Shown here piece by piece: positions 37,655 through 47,639 of a stretch of DNA of 64,000 nucleotides (position 1 is the first letter of the stretch; every line of letters begins with the position of its first letter). A program made the translations under genes and the position numbers. Origin of the DNA: Candidatus Omnitrophota bacterium (GTDB taxonomy: Bacteria > Omnitrophota > Gorgyraeia > Gygaellales > Profunditerraquicolaceae). Location: positions 22,429 through 86,428 of the forward strand of contig JACQXK010000071.1 in NCBI GenBank assembly GCA_016208765.1, read 5' to 3'. The notes under the pieces are model-generated. The model searched no databases, was not told where the DNA came from, and saw only the letters and a list, made by a program, of their open reading frames with translations.

Positions 37655-39096
37655 CGTACTAATCCCAACATTTGCACAGCAGCAGTTTTAGCGAAGAAAG
37701 AAGGATAATAAATAAACACTCCTCCTACAAAAGACAGAAAAGCTAACAATGCCACAGAAAAAATCATCAATGGCCCCTTTTCTCTTGCCAGTGGGCTTCG
37801 TCCTTCTCCAAGAAAAACCAGATTAAATACTCTGAATAAATAAATAATAGTCAGAAACGCTCCGAACAAATAAACCAGCACAATCCAAAACGGCATAGCC
37901 TTGATACTGCCGGCAAAAACCAGATATTTGCTGAAAAATCCGCCAAACGGAGGCACTCCCATTACTGAAAACGCACAAAACAAAAATGAAATTGCTGTAA
38001 TCGGCATAGTTTTTATCAAACCGCCAAGCTGAGTAATATCCTTGGTTTTTGTATTCTGCTCAACGATACCCGCACAAAGAAAAAGCCCTGCCTTTGCCAA
38101 ACCGTGCATCAGAATATATAATAATGCCCCAGTCACAGCTAATTCATTACCGACGGCAAAACCAAAGAATATAAAACCGATCTGGCTGATAGTAGAGTAA
38201 GCAATAATTCTTTTTAGATCCGTTTCAAGAAGCGCTGCACCCGCTGAAACAATCGCGCTTAGCGCAGCTATAATAACCACCAGAACCCGCAGAAAATCCG
38301 GCACAATGAATGTCACAATAAAAAGCCTGGCAAAAACATAAACACCAATCTTCACCAAAACCGCAGCGTGCAAAAGTGCGGTTACAGGAGAAGGTGCAAC
38401 GCCTGCATCAGGAAGCCAGGTCTGAAAAGGCAAAGTTGCCGACTTGGAAAATATGCCGCAAAGGATTAAAATCAGCGCCAACACGGGAATAGGGCTCGTT
38501 TTCCCCGCAAGCTTGATTGCTGATAAATCAAATGACCCTGTCTGCTGATAAATCATTAAAAAACCCAGCAACATCAGCAATGCGCCGAAAACTGTCACCA
38601 AAAATGATTTGTCCGCCTTAAGCACCTGCTGCTTCTGACGGAAGAACCCGATCAAACGCCAGCTCGTAACTCCGGTAATTTCCCAGAAAATATAAAGTAA
38701 AATCAAATTTGAAGAGAAAATCAGCCCCATCATCGCTCCCAAAAACAATGTGACCATGGAGTAATATTCGTCCTGATTTTCATAGTGGCTGATGTAATTA
38801 AAAGAATACATAATAATAATTGAACTGATTAAAGAAGAGGTGCATGCCATGAATATTGCTAATGCGTCGGCAGTAAAGCTGAGGTTAAATCCTAACGGAA
38901 GGGATTTGACAAAAATAATGGGTTTACCGGACAAGGCCTGAGGGATCAAAAGACAGGAAAAAAACAAAGCTGATAAAACAAACAACAGGCTCAGGGCATT
39001 ACGCAGGCTCTTTGAAAAGCGGCCTACGAGCGGCAAGGCCAACGCTCCCAATATAGGTAAAAATACTATACAAAAAATAAATAGTTCGTTTTTCAT
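37651..39096 (-). CDS. NuoM/MrpD-like antiporter-type subunit
   Basis: 481 aa; TWLPDAGVAPSPV motif. Confidence 0.75.
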   Translation of the reverse strand: MKNELFIFCIVFLPILGALALPLVGRFSKSLRNALSLLFVLSALFFSCLLIPQALSGKPIIFVKSLPLGFNLSFTADALAIFMACTSSLISSIIIMYSFNYISHYENQDEYYSMVTLFLGAMMGLIFSSNLILLYIFWEITGVTSWRLIGFFRQKQQVLKADKSFLVTVFGALLMLLGFLMIYQQTGSFDLSAIKLAGKTSPIPVLALILILCGIFSKSATLPFQTWLPDAGVAPSPVTALLHAAVLVKIGVYVFARLFIVTFIVPDFLRVLVVIIAALSAIVSAGAALLETDLKRIIAYSTISQIGFIFFGFAVGNELAVTGALLYILMHGLAKAGLFLCAGIVEQNTKTKDITQLGGLIKTMPITAISFLFCAFSVMGVPPFGGFFSKYLVFAGSIKAMPFWIVLVYLFGAFLTIIYLFRVFNLVFLGEGRSPLAREKGPLMIFSVALLAFLSFVGGVFIYYPSFFAKTAAVQMLGLVR

Positions 39097-39238
39097 AAGT
39101 AAAAACCACCTGTTGCTATTCCGGCTATTTCATATTATCTACGGTGATAATAATGATGCTTACGGTGGGAATTTAAAGCCTTAATTGGCTAGTATGGATG
39201 TTTATTTTAACAAAAAGCTTTACGATGTCAATACTATT

Positions 39239-40735
39239 TTATTTCAAGAAATCTAAAACCAAATCCCCTGCCTGAAGCCCGGAGATAAAACAGCCGTGCA
39301 CACCTGGCCCAGGCCAAGTCCATTCGCCTGCTAAATATAACCCTTTAATCCGTGTTTTCTGAGGCAGGCGGTTTTCTCCTGACTGCCTCACCAAAGGAGA
39401 AAAACCGTAAATCGCTCCTTGCGTTGATTGAGTAAAACGCTCAACAGTTAATGGAGTGGCAATTTCTTTTACCTCAATATATTTGCTAAACCCTGGCAAG
39501 TATTTCTCAACGCGCCTAATTAAGATTTGCGCTACCTTTTCCTTCTTAGCAATATATTCTGACTCAGCTAAATCCTCCCAATTAGTGTAAGAATCCAAAG
39601 TCATCACCAAAAGGCTTCCTTTCCCTTGAGGCACAAGCCCCGGGTCAATTTGCGCATGGTCAACCAGCTCAAGCGGGCATTCTTCATAATCACCGGTCAG
39701 GCAATATTGAAAGTTATTATCATGATCGTAAGTAGCATTAATTGAAAACACAGGCTGGTTCATCCCCAGGTTTTTTGCTGGGACACTCAGGCCCAAATAC
39801 ACCTGAAACGCTGAGACGGAGTTTTCCATATTCTTTAATTCTTGTGCATATTTCTGCTTTAAAGAATCATCGTCCAGGAATTTAGTTAAAGTATCAACGG
39901 CATTGGCATTAGAAATCACAGACCTTGCCTCAATCTCATCGCCTTTATCAGTAATTACTGACTTAGCCCTTCCTTTTTGCGTTACTATTTTAACTGCTGA
40001 GGTATTAAACTTAAATTCAACCCCTTTTCTCTTCATTTCCTGGACCATCACCTCAAACAACCTGCCAAAACCTCCTTTTACATAACAAGTGGGAGCAAAA
40101 TAATAACCCCTAAAGACCAAGAGGAAATAAAACGCAGAGGCCATTGAAGGAGGGAGCCCGATAAACCGCCATAAATCGGATAAAATACCGATAAGTTTTT
40201 CGTCTTTAATGTACTGTTTCAACAAATCCTTCAATGTGAGACGTGAAATTTTCAAAATCTCACTAAAAAAGACCGGAGAAATCGCTATTTTCAGAAAATA
40301 AGGAATCTGCCAGTGGCAGAAATTGTCAAATTGATTGTAGAATTTTCCAATCCGTAGGAATAACTTTTGGATATTTTCTGCTTCAGAAGGAAAATTGTTT
40401 ATCAAATATTCTTTAAAGTGCTCCGAAGAGAAATCAAGGACAAAATCATGTTCAGGATAGATTACGCGGGCAAAATTCTCTAAATCAATAAAGTCAATTT
40501 TGCTGGCGAACCCGGCGTCTTCAAGGAATTTGCGCATCTCCCCGTCTTTACCAAGGCTGTCCACGCAATGCAGGCTTGACTCAAAAACAAAACCTTTTCT
40601 TTTAAAAACAGTAGCGCACCCTCCGGGAACTGGCTGCTTTTCCAAAATAATGACTTTCTTGCCATTTTGTGCAAGGCTCAGCGCAGAAAATAACCCACCT
40701 ACGCCAGCACCAATTATTACACAATCATATCGCAT
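39239..40735 (-). CDS. FAD-dependent oxidoreductase, phytoene desaturase (CrtI) family
   Basis: N-terminal Rossmann YDCVIIGAGVGGLFSALSLAQNGKKVIILEK and CrtI-family C-terminus. Confidence 0.7.
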   Translation of the reverse strand: MRYDCVIIGAGVGGLFSALSLAQNGKKVIILEKQPVPGGCATVFKRKGFVFESSLHCVDSLGKDGEMRKFLEDAGFASKIDFIDLENFARVIYPEHDFVLDFSSEHFKEYLINNFPSEAENIQKLFLRIGKFYNQFDNFCHWQIPYFLKIAISPVFFSEILKISRLTLKDLLKQYIKDEKLIGILSDLWRFIGLPPSMASAFYFLLVFRGYYFAPTCYVKGGFGRLFEVMVQEMKRKGVEFKFNTSAVKIVTQKGRAKSVITDKGDEIEARSVISNANAVDTLTKFLDDDSLKQKYAQELKNMENSVSAFQVYLGLSVPAKNLGMNQPVFSINATYDHDNNFQYCLTGDYEECPLELVDHAQIDPGLVPQGKGSLLVMTLDSYTNWEDLAESEYIAKKEKVAQILIRRVEKYLPGFSKYIEVKEIATPLTVERFTQSTQGAIYGFSPLVRQSGENRLPQKTRIKGLYLAGEWTWPGPGVHGCFISGLQAGDLVLDFLK

Positions 40736-40742
40736 GTTTTAT

Positions 40743-41585
40743 TTAGGCAGAAAGCCTGTTTAAGAAATTAATAGATTCCTGAATAACTTTTTCTTTTTCC
40801 TGGTCAATGGTAATCATATGGTAGCTGTCTTCTAAAATAACCAGGTTTTTATCAGAAGACCCGATACGGGCATAAACATACTGTGAGTTCTTTAAACTGA
40901 CCATATCGTCTTCGCGGGCATGAATCAGAAGGATAGGTGTTTTAACCAAAGGGATTTCATTTTTCACCAGCTTAACAAACTGATGATGCTGATAAAGGCA
41001 GGCAAGAGGAAAATACGGGCTGCCGAATAATGCCAAATCTTTATAATCCGGATTTTTTGCCCGCGCATATTTATAAAAACGATGGATTGTTTCACGCAAA
41101 TATTTATCTTTGAGGCCATATGGCCAGCCCTCGCGGATCCCAAGCCGGTTCCTGATAAAAGGAATGCTCCAGCCAAATTCAAGCAGGATTTTTCCTTTAT
41201 TCAGGCCCCAGCCGTCATAAAACAAGGTCGGAGCCAAAGCAACAATTCCAGGAACCTGCGAAGGGAATTTATAGGCAAGATGCACAGCCATCATTGCGCC
41301 CATAGACAGCCCTGCAACAAAAACCTGCGGATATTCTTTACTTAATTCCTGAAAATCTCTCACGCAGGCCGCTTCTATCTCCTGCCAGGTCACTTTTTTT
41401 AAATCATCCTGGCTGCCGCAATGACGAGGAAGGGCATTACACATCACTGTAAAACCGGCTTTATGCATAGCCTTGCCCAAATGGTTCATTTCATTTGGGG
41501 TACCGGTTATACCGTGGATTAAAAGCACTGCCCTTGGGCCTGCTTTTAAGAAGAAATTTTTCTTTATTGAATTTTCCTGAGCCAT
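40743..41585 (-). CDS. alpha/beta-hydrolase fold esterase/lipase
   Basis: Nucleophile elbow GLSMGAMM; Asp/His triad candidates near C-terminus. Confidence 0.7.
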   Translation of the reverse strand: MAQENSIKKNFFLKAGPRAVLLIHGITGTPNEMNHLGKAMHKAGFTVMCNALPRHCGSQDDLKKVTWQEIEAACVRDFQELSKEYPQVFVAGLSMGAMMAVHLAYKFPSQVPGIVALAPTLFYDGWGLNKGKILLEFGWSIPFIRNRLGIREGWPYGLKDKYLRETIHRFYKYARAKNPDYKDLALFGSPYFPLACLYQHHQFVKLVKNEIPLVKTPILLIHAREDDMVSLKNSQYVYARIGSSDKNLVILEDSYHMITIDQEKEKVIQESINFLNRLSA

Positions 41586-41667
41586 AATAATCGCTTATTC
41601 TACCACAAAAAAAAGTATTGTAAATTTTAATGTTGTCTAAACATATATTTTTGCTATATTATTTACC

Positions 41668-42807
41668 ATGCGGGCAGAAAGCAATTTATCCTTCTTGGTT
41701 TCTCATTCAATTAAAGATATTCCCGAGGCAGACTGGAACCGTCTTTTTGGAGAAAATATCATTGAAGGTTTCGGTTATCATAAAACGCTGGAAGATTCAA
41801 ATCTAAAGGAATTCTCCCTCCGCTATCTGCTTGCAAGAAATAATGGCACCCTTGTTGCGATCATTCCCTTTTTTATCTCTGATTTTTCATTTACGACTCT
41901 TATACAGGGAAAATTACAGAAACTTATTTTTGCAATACAAAAAGTGTTCCCTCGTTTCTTAAGATTTAAACTTCTTTTTGCCGGTTCCCCAACTGGTGAA
42001 GAACTCTATGTAGGAATAGACAAAAATGAAAACTTAGAAAATATTCTTAACGGAGCAACACACATTCTTAAGCTTATCGGCAAAAAAGAAAAAACTGCCG
42101 CCACACTCTTCTTTAATCTTTCCGAAAAACACAAAGATATCACAAGGTACCTTAACAAACAATCATTTACCGGCATGAAAAGCTTCCCTAATACTGTACT
42201 TGAAATCTCGGCTGCCTCTCTTGATGATTATATTAACCAGCTGGGAAAAAGCACGCGCAAAAGCTTGAGGAAGAAACTAAGAGACACTCAGAATTCAACT
42301 CAATTAAGAACGCAGGTAACAGAAGATATTTCAGCAGTTAAAGACAGGATTTACGAATTATACCTGAACAATCTTACTGACTCTGAGGTCAGCTTTGAAA
42401 TTCTCACGCCTGAATTTTTCACAAACGTAGCTAAATATATGCCCGGAATTGCAAAGTATTTCCTCACCTGGGACAATGGGAATATTATCGCTTTTAACCT
42501 GTTGTTTATCAAAGGCGATACCGCTATTGACAAATTTATAGGTTTTGACAAAGAGCTTTCTCACAAATATAACCTTTATTATGCAACATTTTCGCATAAC
42601 TTAGATTACTGTATTAAAAACAAGATAAAATTCTACCAATTAGGAGTTACTGATTATGAACCTAAAACAAGGCTGGGAGCACAAATTATTCCGTTATATG
42701 TTTATACCAAATTCATGAATCCTTTATTGAATTTTGTTGCAAAGCCGATAATATCGCTAATTCAACCTGCCAACTTTGACCCCGTATTAAAAGCCCTTAA
42801 ATACTGA
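41668..42807 (+). CDS. DUF482/FemAB-like GNAT-fold acyltransferase family protein
   Basis: 379 aa; N-terminal region (IKDIPEADWNRLF…FGYHKTLEDSNL) resembles DUF482/FemAB-like proteins (from memory). Confidence 0.4.
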   Translation: MRAESNLSFLVSHSIKDIPEADWNRLFGENIIEGFGYHKTLEDSNLKEFSLRYLLARNNGTLVAIIPFFISDFSFTTLIQGKLQKLIFAIQKVFPRFLRFKLLFAGSPTGEELYVGIDKNENLENILNGATHILKLIGKKEKTAATLFFNLSEKHKDITRYLNKQSFTGMKSFPNTVLEISAASLDDYINQLGKSTRKSLRKKLRDTQNSTQLRTQVTEDISAVKDRIYELYLNNLTDSEVSFEILTPEFFTNVAKYMPGIAKYFLTWDNGNIIAFNLLFIKGDTAIDKFIGFDKELSHKYNLYYATFSHNLDYCIKNKIKFYQLGVTDYEPKTRLGAQIIPLYVYTKFMNPLLNFVAKPIISLIQPANFDPVLKALKY

Positions 42808-43078
42808 ACCTTTTGCAAAAATCATAATTTTCTCTGACAATAAACATCGCATCCTGCCTTTGATACATTTATAATCTTTAAGCGAGTCAATTTCACAAAA
42901 ATCGGCATTACTAAACAACTTTCTAAAACGACTTGATAGATCAAAATCCCGAACACTTTTTTCTACAAAAACCTTCCGTGAAGATAAATTTCTTTATTTA
43001 TACTTAATACATCCCGCGCATTTAGCTCTATTTTGGGTAAATTCAGGCTAACCGATTTAACAATTTCCTGCGCGAGTT

Positions 43079-43798
43079 TTAAACGCGAAGATTATTTTTG
43101 AAAGATTCGCATATAAGGTTTACAGCAGATTTTACTGCGGAGAAAATCTTTGCTTTTAATTCCGGCTCCATATCAAAATAGAACGGCTTTTCATTTATAA
43201 TATCGCTTACATAAAAAAGTGCGGCTGCCTTTAATGCGCAATGCTTAGCTGCTGCAAAAAATGCTGAGCACTCCATCTCAACCACGTCTACCTGCTCTTT
43301 TATTAATGAATCATGCATTTCTTCTTCTAATCTTAGGCTCCCCAAAGTGGCGCAAGAAACTTCCTTTACCCCTATTTCTCTACGATAAGTTAACAAAACC
43401 TTAAATAAATCAGCGTCCGGATAGAAAATATTGCTTTTTTTAAATTTGTCTTTTAACAACTCGCTAAAGCTCTCATTCTCCCAGCATTTAGAAGGCGCCA
43501 CCAAGCTGCCGATATCAAGCCCGTTATTTTTGTTAACAAGCCCGCAGGAGCCAAAAAGAATAATATTCTCGCAAACTGTCTCTTTAAGATATAAAACCGC
43601 ATCTGCTGTAAAAGCAGCTCCCATACCGGTTTGGATAACAGTGTAATCATTATGATTGCCTGAGCAAAATAATTTTCCTTTTGTTAAACTGTTTATCTTA
43701 AACTCAGCCAATATCCCTTTAGGCAATAAAGGCAATAAAATACAATTCTTCTTTATTTCAGAGGCATCCACCCCGAATAAAGCTTTAAATTTTGTCAT
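43079..43798 (-). CDS. PNP/UDP-1 family nucleosidase/phosphorylase (MTA/SAH/5'-dAdo nucleosidase- or futalosine hydrolase-like)
   Basis: GMGAAFTADAV…IILFGSCGLV…VDVVEMECSAFF blocks of the PNP_UDP_1 fold. Confidence 0.55.
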   Translation of the reverse strand: MTKFKALFGVDASEIKKNCILLPLLPKGILAEFKINSLTKGKLFCSGNHNDYTVIQTGMGAAFTADAVLYLKETVCENIILFGSCGLVNKNNGLDIGSLVAPSKCWENESFSELLKDKFKKSNIFYPDADLFKVLLTYRREIGVKEVSCATLGSLRLEEEMHDSLIKEQVDVVEMECSAFFAAAKHCALKAAALFYVSDIINEKPFYFDMEPELKAKIFSAVKSAVNLICESFKNNLRV

Positions 43799-44874
43799 AT
43801 CTGAATTAAGTTGTATTCCAAATTTCCCAAGCCGATTTGCGCAGCGTGTTTAAACATCTCTTCATGCACCGCCTTCTGAGGATGCGAGATCTTACCGTAA
43901 TCAGAAATTACATCTGAAGTCGCCTTATCAAGGCTCAAAACATCAGTAGAAAAAAATATGCCGCAGTTATCAAAAATCATTTTTGCGTTTTTATCAGACT
44001 CGCAGTCACATCCTTTGGTAATATCAAAAGCAAAATTAAAAAATAACTTCTGCTTAAATTTAGAAAGGATAAAATTAGCCACGGTATTCATGCGCTTACA
44101 GAATATTAACGGGTCTTCGTGCCAATTAATATAAACCGCGCAAGATTTGCACGCTGAAATACACTCGCCACAGCCAATACAGGTATCCTGATCAATAACA
44201 GACTTATCATCTTTTAGAGTAATCGCCTTTACAGGACAAACCACAACACAACATCCGCAACCAGTACATTTATTTTTTATAATACTTGGCTTTAAAGATG
44301 AATGCTGCACTTGTTTTGTTGCACGACTACTCATGCCCATAGCTACATTCTTAATACCTGCAGCAAAACCACTTACTATGTGCCCGGTAACATGCGAACA
44401 GACAACCAGGCTATTTAGCATCCCTATAAAAGAAGGAACTTTAATGGCTTTGATTAAATCTTCGTTCAAAACATACTCCCTGCCATCCTGGCCAAAAAGC
44501 CCGTCGGCAATAATAAAAGGGGCTTCCACGCGCGAATGGCCAAACCCCTTACTCTGCGCCAGATTCAAATGATCAACGGCATTCTGGCGCTCACCGCTAT
44601 AAATTACACAGGTATCAAATAAAAAAGGTTTTGCCCTTTTGTTTTTCAACTCCAGGACCAGTGCCTTTAAAAAAACCGGGTTCAAATTATAAACACAAGC
44701 AGAATCTCCGATAGTAAGCTTTACCGGAATAAATTCATTTTCTTCAAAAACAAAGGAAGGCGCCAGCTTGTGCAGCAATTTTTTAAACCCTTCCAGCCTT
44801 ACCTCAGCATCTTTTGAATTAATTCTTATAAAATATACATCACTTTTCATATTTGTTTTTAAAATAACCTCCAA
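43795..44874 (-). CDS. DUF362-family protein with 2x[4Fe-4S] ferredoxin insert
   Basis: CTGCGCCVVVCP and CIGCGECISAC motifs within a DUF362-like scaffold. Confidence 0.5.
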   Translation of the reverse strand: MEVILKTNMKSDVYFIRINSKDAEVRLEGFKKLLHKLAPSFVFEENEFIPVKLTIGDSACVYNLNPVFLKALVLELKNKRAKPFLFDTCVIYSGERQNAVDHLNLAQSKGFGHSRVEAPFIIADGLFGQDGREYVLNEDLIKAIKVPSFIGMLNSLVVCSHVTGHIVSGFAAGIKNVAMGMSSRATKQVQHSSLKPSIIKNKCTGCGCCVVVCPVKAITLKDDKSVIDQDTCIGCGECISACKSCAVYINWHEDPLIFCKRMNTVANFILSKFKQKLFFNFAFDITKGCDCESDKNAKMIFDNCGIFFSTDVLSLDKATSDVISDYGKISHPQKAVHEEMFKHAAQIGLGNLEYNLIQI

Positions 44875-45733
44875 AATTATGAATGTAAATATTATACCTC
44901 TTTTTGGCGGTTAACGCCGCATTTTTAATCTCTTCTTCTATATTTTTAAAAACATTAATATAAAATTCTGCGTCAGAAAGCATACGCTCATAAGGTTGCT
45001 GTAAAGAAGGCTCAACCAGGTTAATCTTATTGATGATTTCCTTAATATTAGGTAAATTAAAGTTCAAACATTCAAGTTCTATTGATTCGGCGCCTTCAAA
45101 CTTATTAAAAATATCTTTTAAGCTTGAAACAAAAGGTAAAACCGGAGAAAAATAAGGAACAACTGAAATGCCTTCGCCAATTAAAGTGTTTATTGCCTGT
45201 TCGCGCAATTTAAAATCAGGGCTCTTAGGCTCAAGCACTGCCTTAAACTTTTGTCCAAAATTATTCAGAGTAAAATAAACCTTACGGCAAAACCCTGCTT
45301 TTAATAACGGCAGATAATCCAGAATAAATGGCGAGCGGGTTAAAATCACAAAATTAACCTTATGCTTATTAAGAATATCTAAAATCTTCTCTGTAATTTT
45401 ATATTTTCTCTCTATCGGCTGAAAACACTCTGTAGTTGAGCCTAATAAAACCTGCTTGGGCTTATTCTTGATAATTTCATTTTCTAATAATTCAGGAGCA
45501 TTAACGCGGATATCCACATATTCACCCCAGGGTTTATTTTTCCTGCTCACCACCCTGTTTCCACGAACATAACAGTATAAACAACCAAATTCACAGCCCA
45601 TAAACGGGTTAATTACAAAATCCCCCAGGCCGATGGAAGTCGGATTAAGGATCCGTGATATTTTTACTTCATTAAATTCAGGCATTTTTTTCAAGCAGGT
45701 TTCCGATATAAGATTTGGTAAATTTAAAACCAT
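44840..45733 (-). CDS. radical SAM protein, SplB-like (COG1533 'DNA repair photolyase' family)
   Basis: NPFMGCEFGCLYCYVR matches the SplB-type CxxxCxxC context. Confidence 0.65.
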   Translation of the reverse strand: MVLNLPNLISETCLKKMPEFNEVKISRILNPTSIGLGDFVINPFMGCEFGCLYCYVRGNRVVSRKNKPWGEYVDIRVNAPELLENEIIKNKPKQVLLGSTTECFQPIERKYKITEKILDILNKHKVNFVILTRSPFILDYLPLLKAGFCRKVYFTLNNFGQKFKAVLEPKSPDFKLREQAINTLIGEGISVVPYFSPVLPFVSSLKDIFNKFEGAESIELECLNFNLPNIKEIINKINLVEPSLQQPYERMLSDAEFYINVFKNIEEEIKNAALTAKKRYNIYIHNFGGYFKNKYEK

Positions 45734-46985
45734 GCTCCTTGATCTTACTCATAAAGATTTCCATCCTTTGAAACGCTATTTTATTTAATTTATAGTCAGC
45801 GCCTTTATCTGCCTCGGTGCCGTCATAATAAGTAAACGGGTTGACTTGTTCAATTTTAGGAATCAATACTTTATTCTTTACGATAAAATCAAGGCTCTCC
45901 TGAAAATCGCTATCAGTCTCCCCGGGATAACCCACAATAATACTTACGCCAAAGTTTAACCCGGCGCTATTAAGCTTCTTAAAAAAAGCAATTGCTTCTT
46001 CTTTGCTAAAACCCTTCTGCATCTTTAAAAGCGTATTATTGCATCCAGATTCAAGCCCGACAAAAAGATTATAACAACCGCTTTTCTTCATCTTTAAAAA
46101 AAGCTCATCCGGCATATCGTTACGAACGGCAACCTGCGCTTCCCAATTAATAGAGCCGAAATTATTAATAATTTCACCACACAGCCTGCCAAACTTCGCT
46201 AAATCCGCATTGAGTAAAGAATCAAAGAAAACAAAATACTTTATCCCGTGCCTTTCTTTATAAAACCTGATTTCTTCTATCAAGCTTTCAATGCTTCTTG
46301 CGCGATAGCCGCGAAAAATTAGCCTCTCTGAACAAAAACGGCATTTTCTAATGCATCCTCGCGAAAACTGTAGCGGTAAAGCAACTTTTCCCGGATAATT
46401 TTCTAAGTTTAGCCCGGCATAGCGGGGAAAATTCAAATCACTCAAAGTATCCATTTGCTCAAATTCTGCCCATCTCTTAGTTTGCCTGCCTGAAACAAGA
46501 TTCAATAACGGCTTCTCTCCTTCACCAACTACAAAATAATCAGCCCATTTAGAGAATTCTTCGCCAAAATTATCCTTATTCTTGAAAAACTGCCGGCAGA
46601 TTTCCGGGCCACCAAGAATAATTTTAATTTCCTTTTTCCTGGATTTAAGCTCTTGGGTTATTTTTTGCGTCGTATAGAAATTGCTTTTATAACAGGAAAA
46701 CCCGATAATATCACAAGCAAGCATCTTCTCAATGGCAGAATCAAACTCTTTGGAATACTTACTCTTTAATATGCCAAACAAATCTTGCTCAAGCCGTATA
46801 TTACAACTCACCAGCCATTCTCTTTTAAGATCCGTATCAGCAAGGTTATAAAAATAATTATTTAGATCGTAAATTTCAGAAGGAAATCCGTTCTTATTCA
46901 GGAAGGCCTGTAAAAATCCAAGGCCCAAAGGCGGCATCTTCGGCCAAAATGGAGGAAGGATTGTTAAAAGCAGTTGTTTGGCCAT
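45678..46985 (-). CDS. B12-binding-domain radical SAM enzyme (class B)
   Basis: N-terminal cobalamin-binding-like Rossmann domain, then FSRGCIRKCRFCSE (CxxxCxxC). Confidence 0.7.
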   Translation of the reverse strand: MAKQLLLTILPPFWPKMPPLGLGFLQAFLNKNGFPSEIYDLNNYFYNLADTDLKREWLVSCNIRLEQDLFGILKSKYSKEFDSAIEKMLACDIIGFSCYKSNFYTTQKITQELKSRKKEIKIILGGPEICRQFFKNKDNFGEEFSKWADYFVVGEGEKPLLNLVSGRQTKRWAEFEQMDTLSDLNFPRYAGLNLENYPGKVALPLQFSRGCIRKCRFCSERLIFRGYRARSIESLIEEIRFYKERHGIKYFVFFDSLLNADLAKFGRLCGEIINNFGSINWEAQVAVRNDMPDELFLKMKKSGCYNLFVGLESGCNNTLLKMQKGFSKEEAIAFFKKLNSAGLNFGVSIIVGYPGETDSDFQESLDFIVKNKVLIPKIEQVNPFTYYDGTEADKGADYKLNKIAFQRMEIFMSKIKEHGFKFTKSYIGNLLEKNA

Positions 46986-47002
46986 TTTTCATAAAATATT
47001 TC

Positions 47003-47464
47003 TTATTTTTTTAACCTAATCCTGCCGATTTTCTCCTGCAGGTTTCCCATCGGACAAATTACACACCAACTTCTATGCTTAGTGGTTACCCCCAAGGCCA
47101 AGGCAATCACAGTAGTAATAATGCAAGCACTTACGAAAACTGCCCCAATAGCAAAAAAATTTCCACCTGCATTAATGATTCTTAAAGAAATTACCAGTAA
47201 AAACAACACAAAAATTAGCCAACGAAACCACTCTTTGGTAAATAAACGGGGAACCGGCTTATTCAGGCTGATTTTTGAGACTACAATATCCAGAAAAGCC
47301 CCCCGCGGGCAAAGATGCCAACACCAAAATCGTCCCTTAAAAACTGCAAGCATTAAGAAAATCGCCATCATCCCCACGACAAGGTATCCTAAAAGCGGGG
47401 AAAATAGCCCGCCAATCAGGATAAGCGGTAAAAACCAAATCATAATTAATTGCGTTTTTTTCAT
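47003..47464 (-). CDS. small membrane protein with two CxxxCP(R/M)G motifs (Fe-S/redox-membrane protein fragment-like)
   Basis: 153 aa, 4 TM; CWHLCPRG and CVICPMG. Confidence 0.4.
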   Translation of the reverse strand: MKKTQLIMIWFLPLILIGGLFSPLLGYLVVGMMAIFLMLAVFKGRFWCWHLCPRGAFLDIVVSKISLNKPVPRLFTKEWFRWLIFVLFLLVISLRIINAGGNFFAIGAVFVSACIITTVIALALGVTTKHRSWCVICPMGNLQEKIGRIRLKK

Positions 47465-47483
47465 TAAAAAAGCTCCTGTTCTT

Positions 47484-47600
47484 GTAACCGTTCAGTAAAC
47501 GGGGGTGGATATTGTCATGCCCGCTTACGCGGGAATGACTTACCCCCCACAGTAACTGACCGGTTACCTGCTCTCAACCTTTTTTACTTGCCATAAATAT
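47484..47600. promoter_or_regulatory. ~85-nt imperfect palindrome (long hairpin with nested GC hairpin) followed by T-run; candidate 5'-UTR structure/terminator
   Basis: gtaaccgttcagtaaacgggggtgg … gtcatgcccgcttacgcgggaatgac … ccccccacagtaactgaccggttac then cttttttac. Confidence 0.3.
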
Positions 47601-47639
47601 ATGTATGCTATATTATTATCTTAGAGTAGACTCTAAACA

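Noticed and set aside
42808-43078. 270-nt convergent intergenic gap searched for ncRNA/small ORF
   Set aside because: No convincing hairpin-terminator pairs, promoters or ORFs longer than 6 codons; probably just 3' UTRs of the convergent genes.
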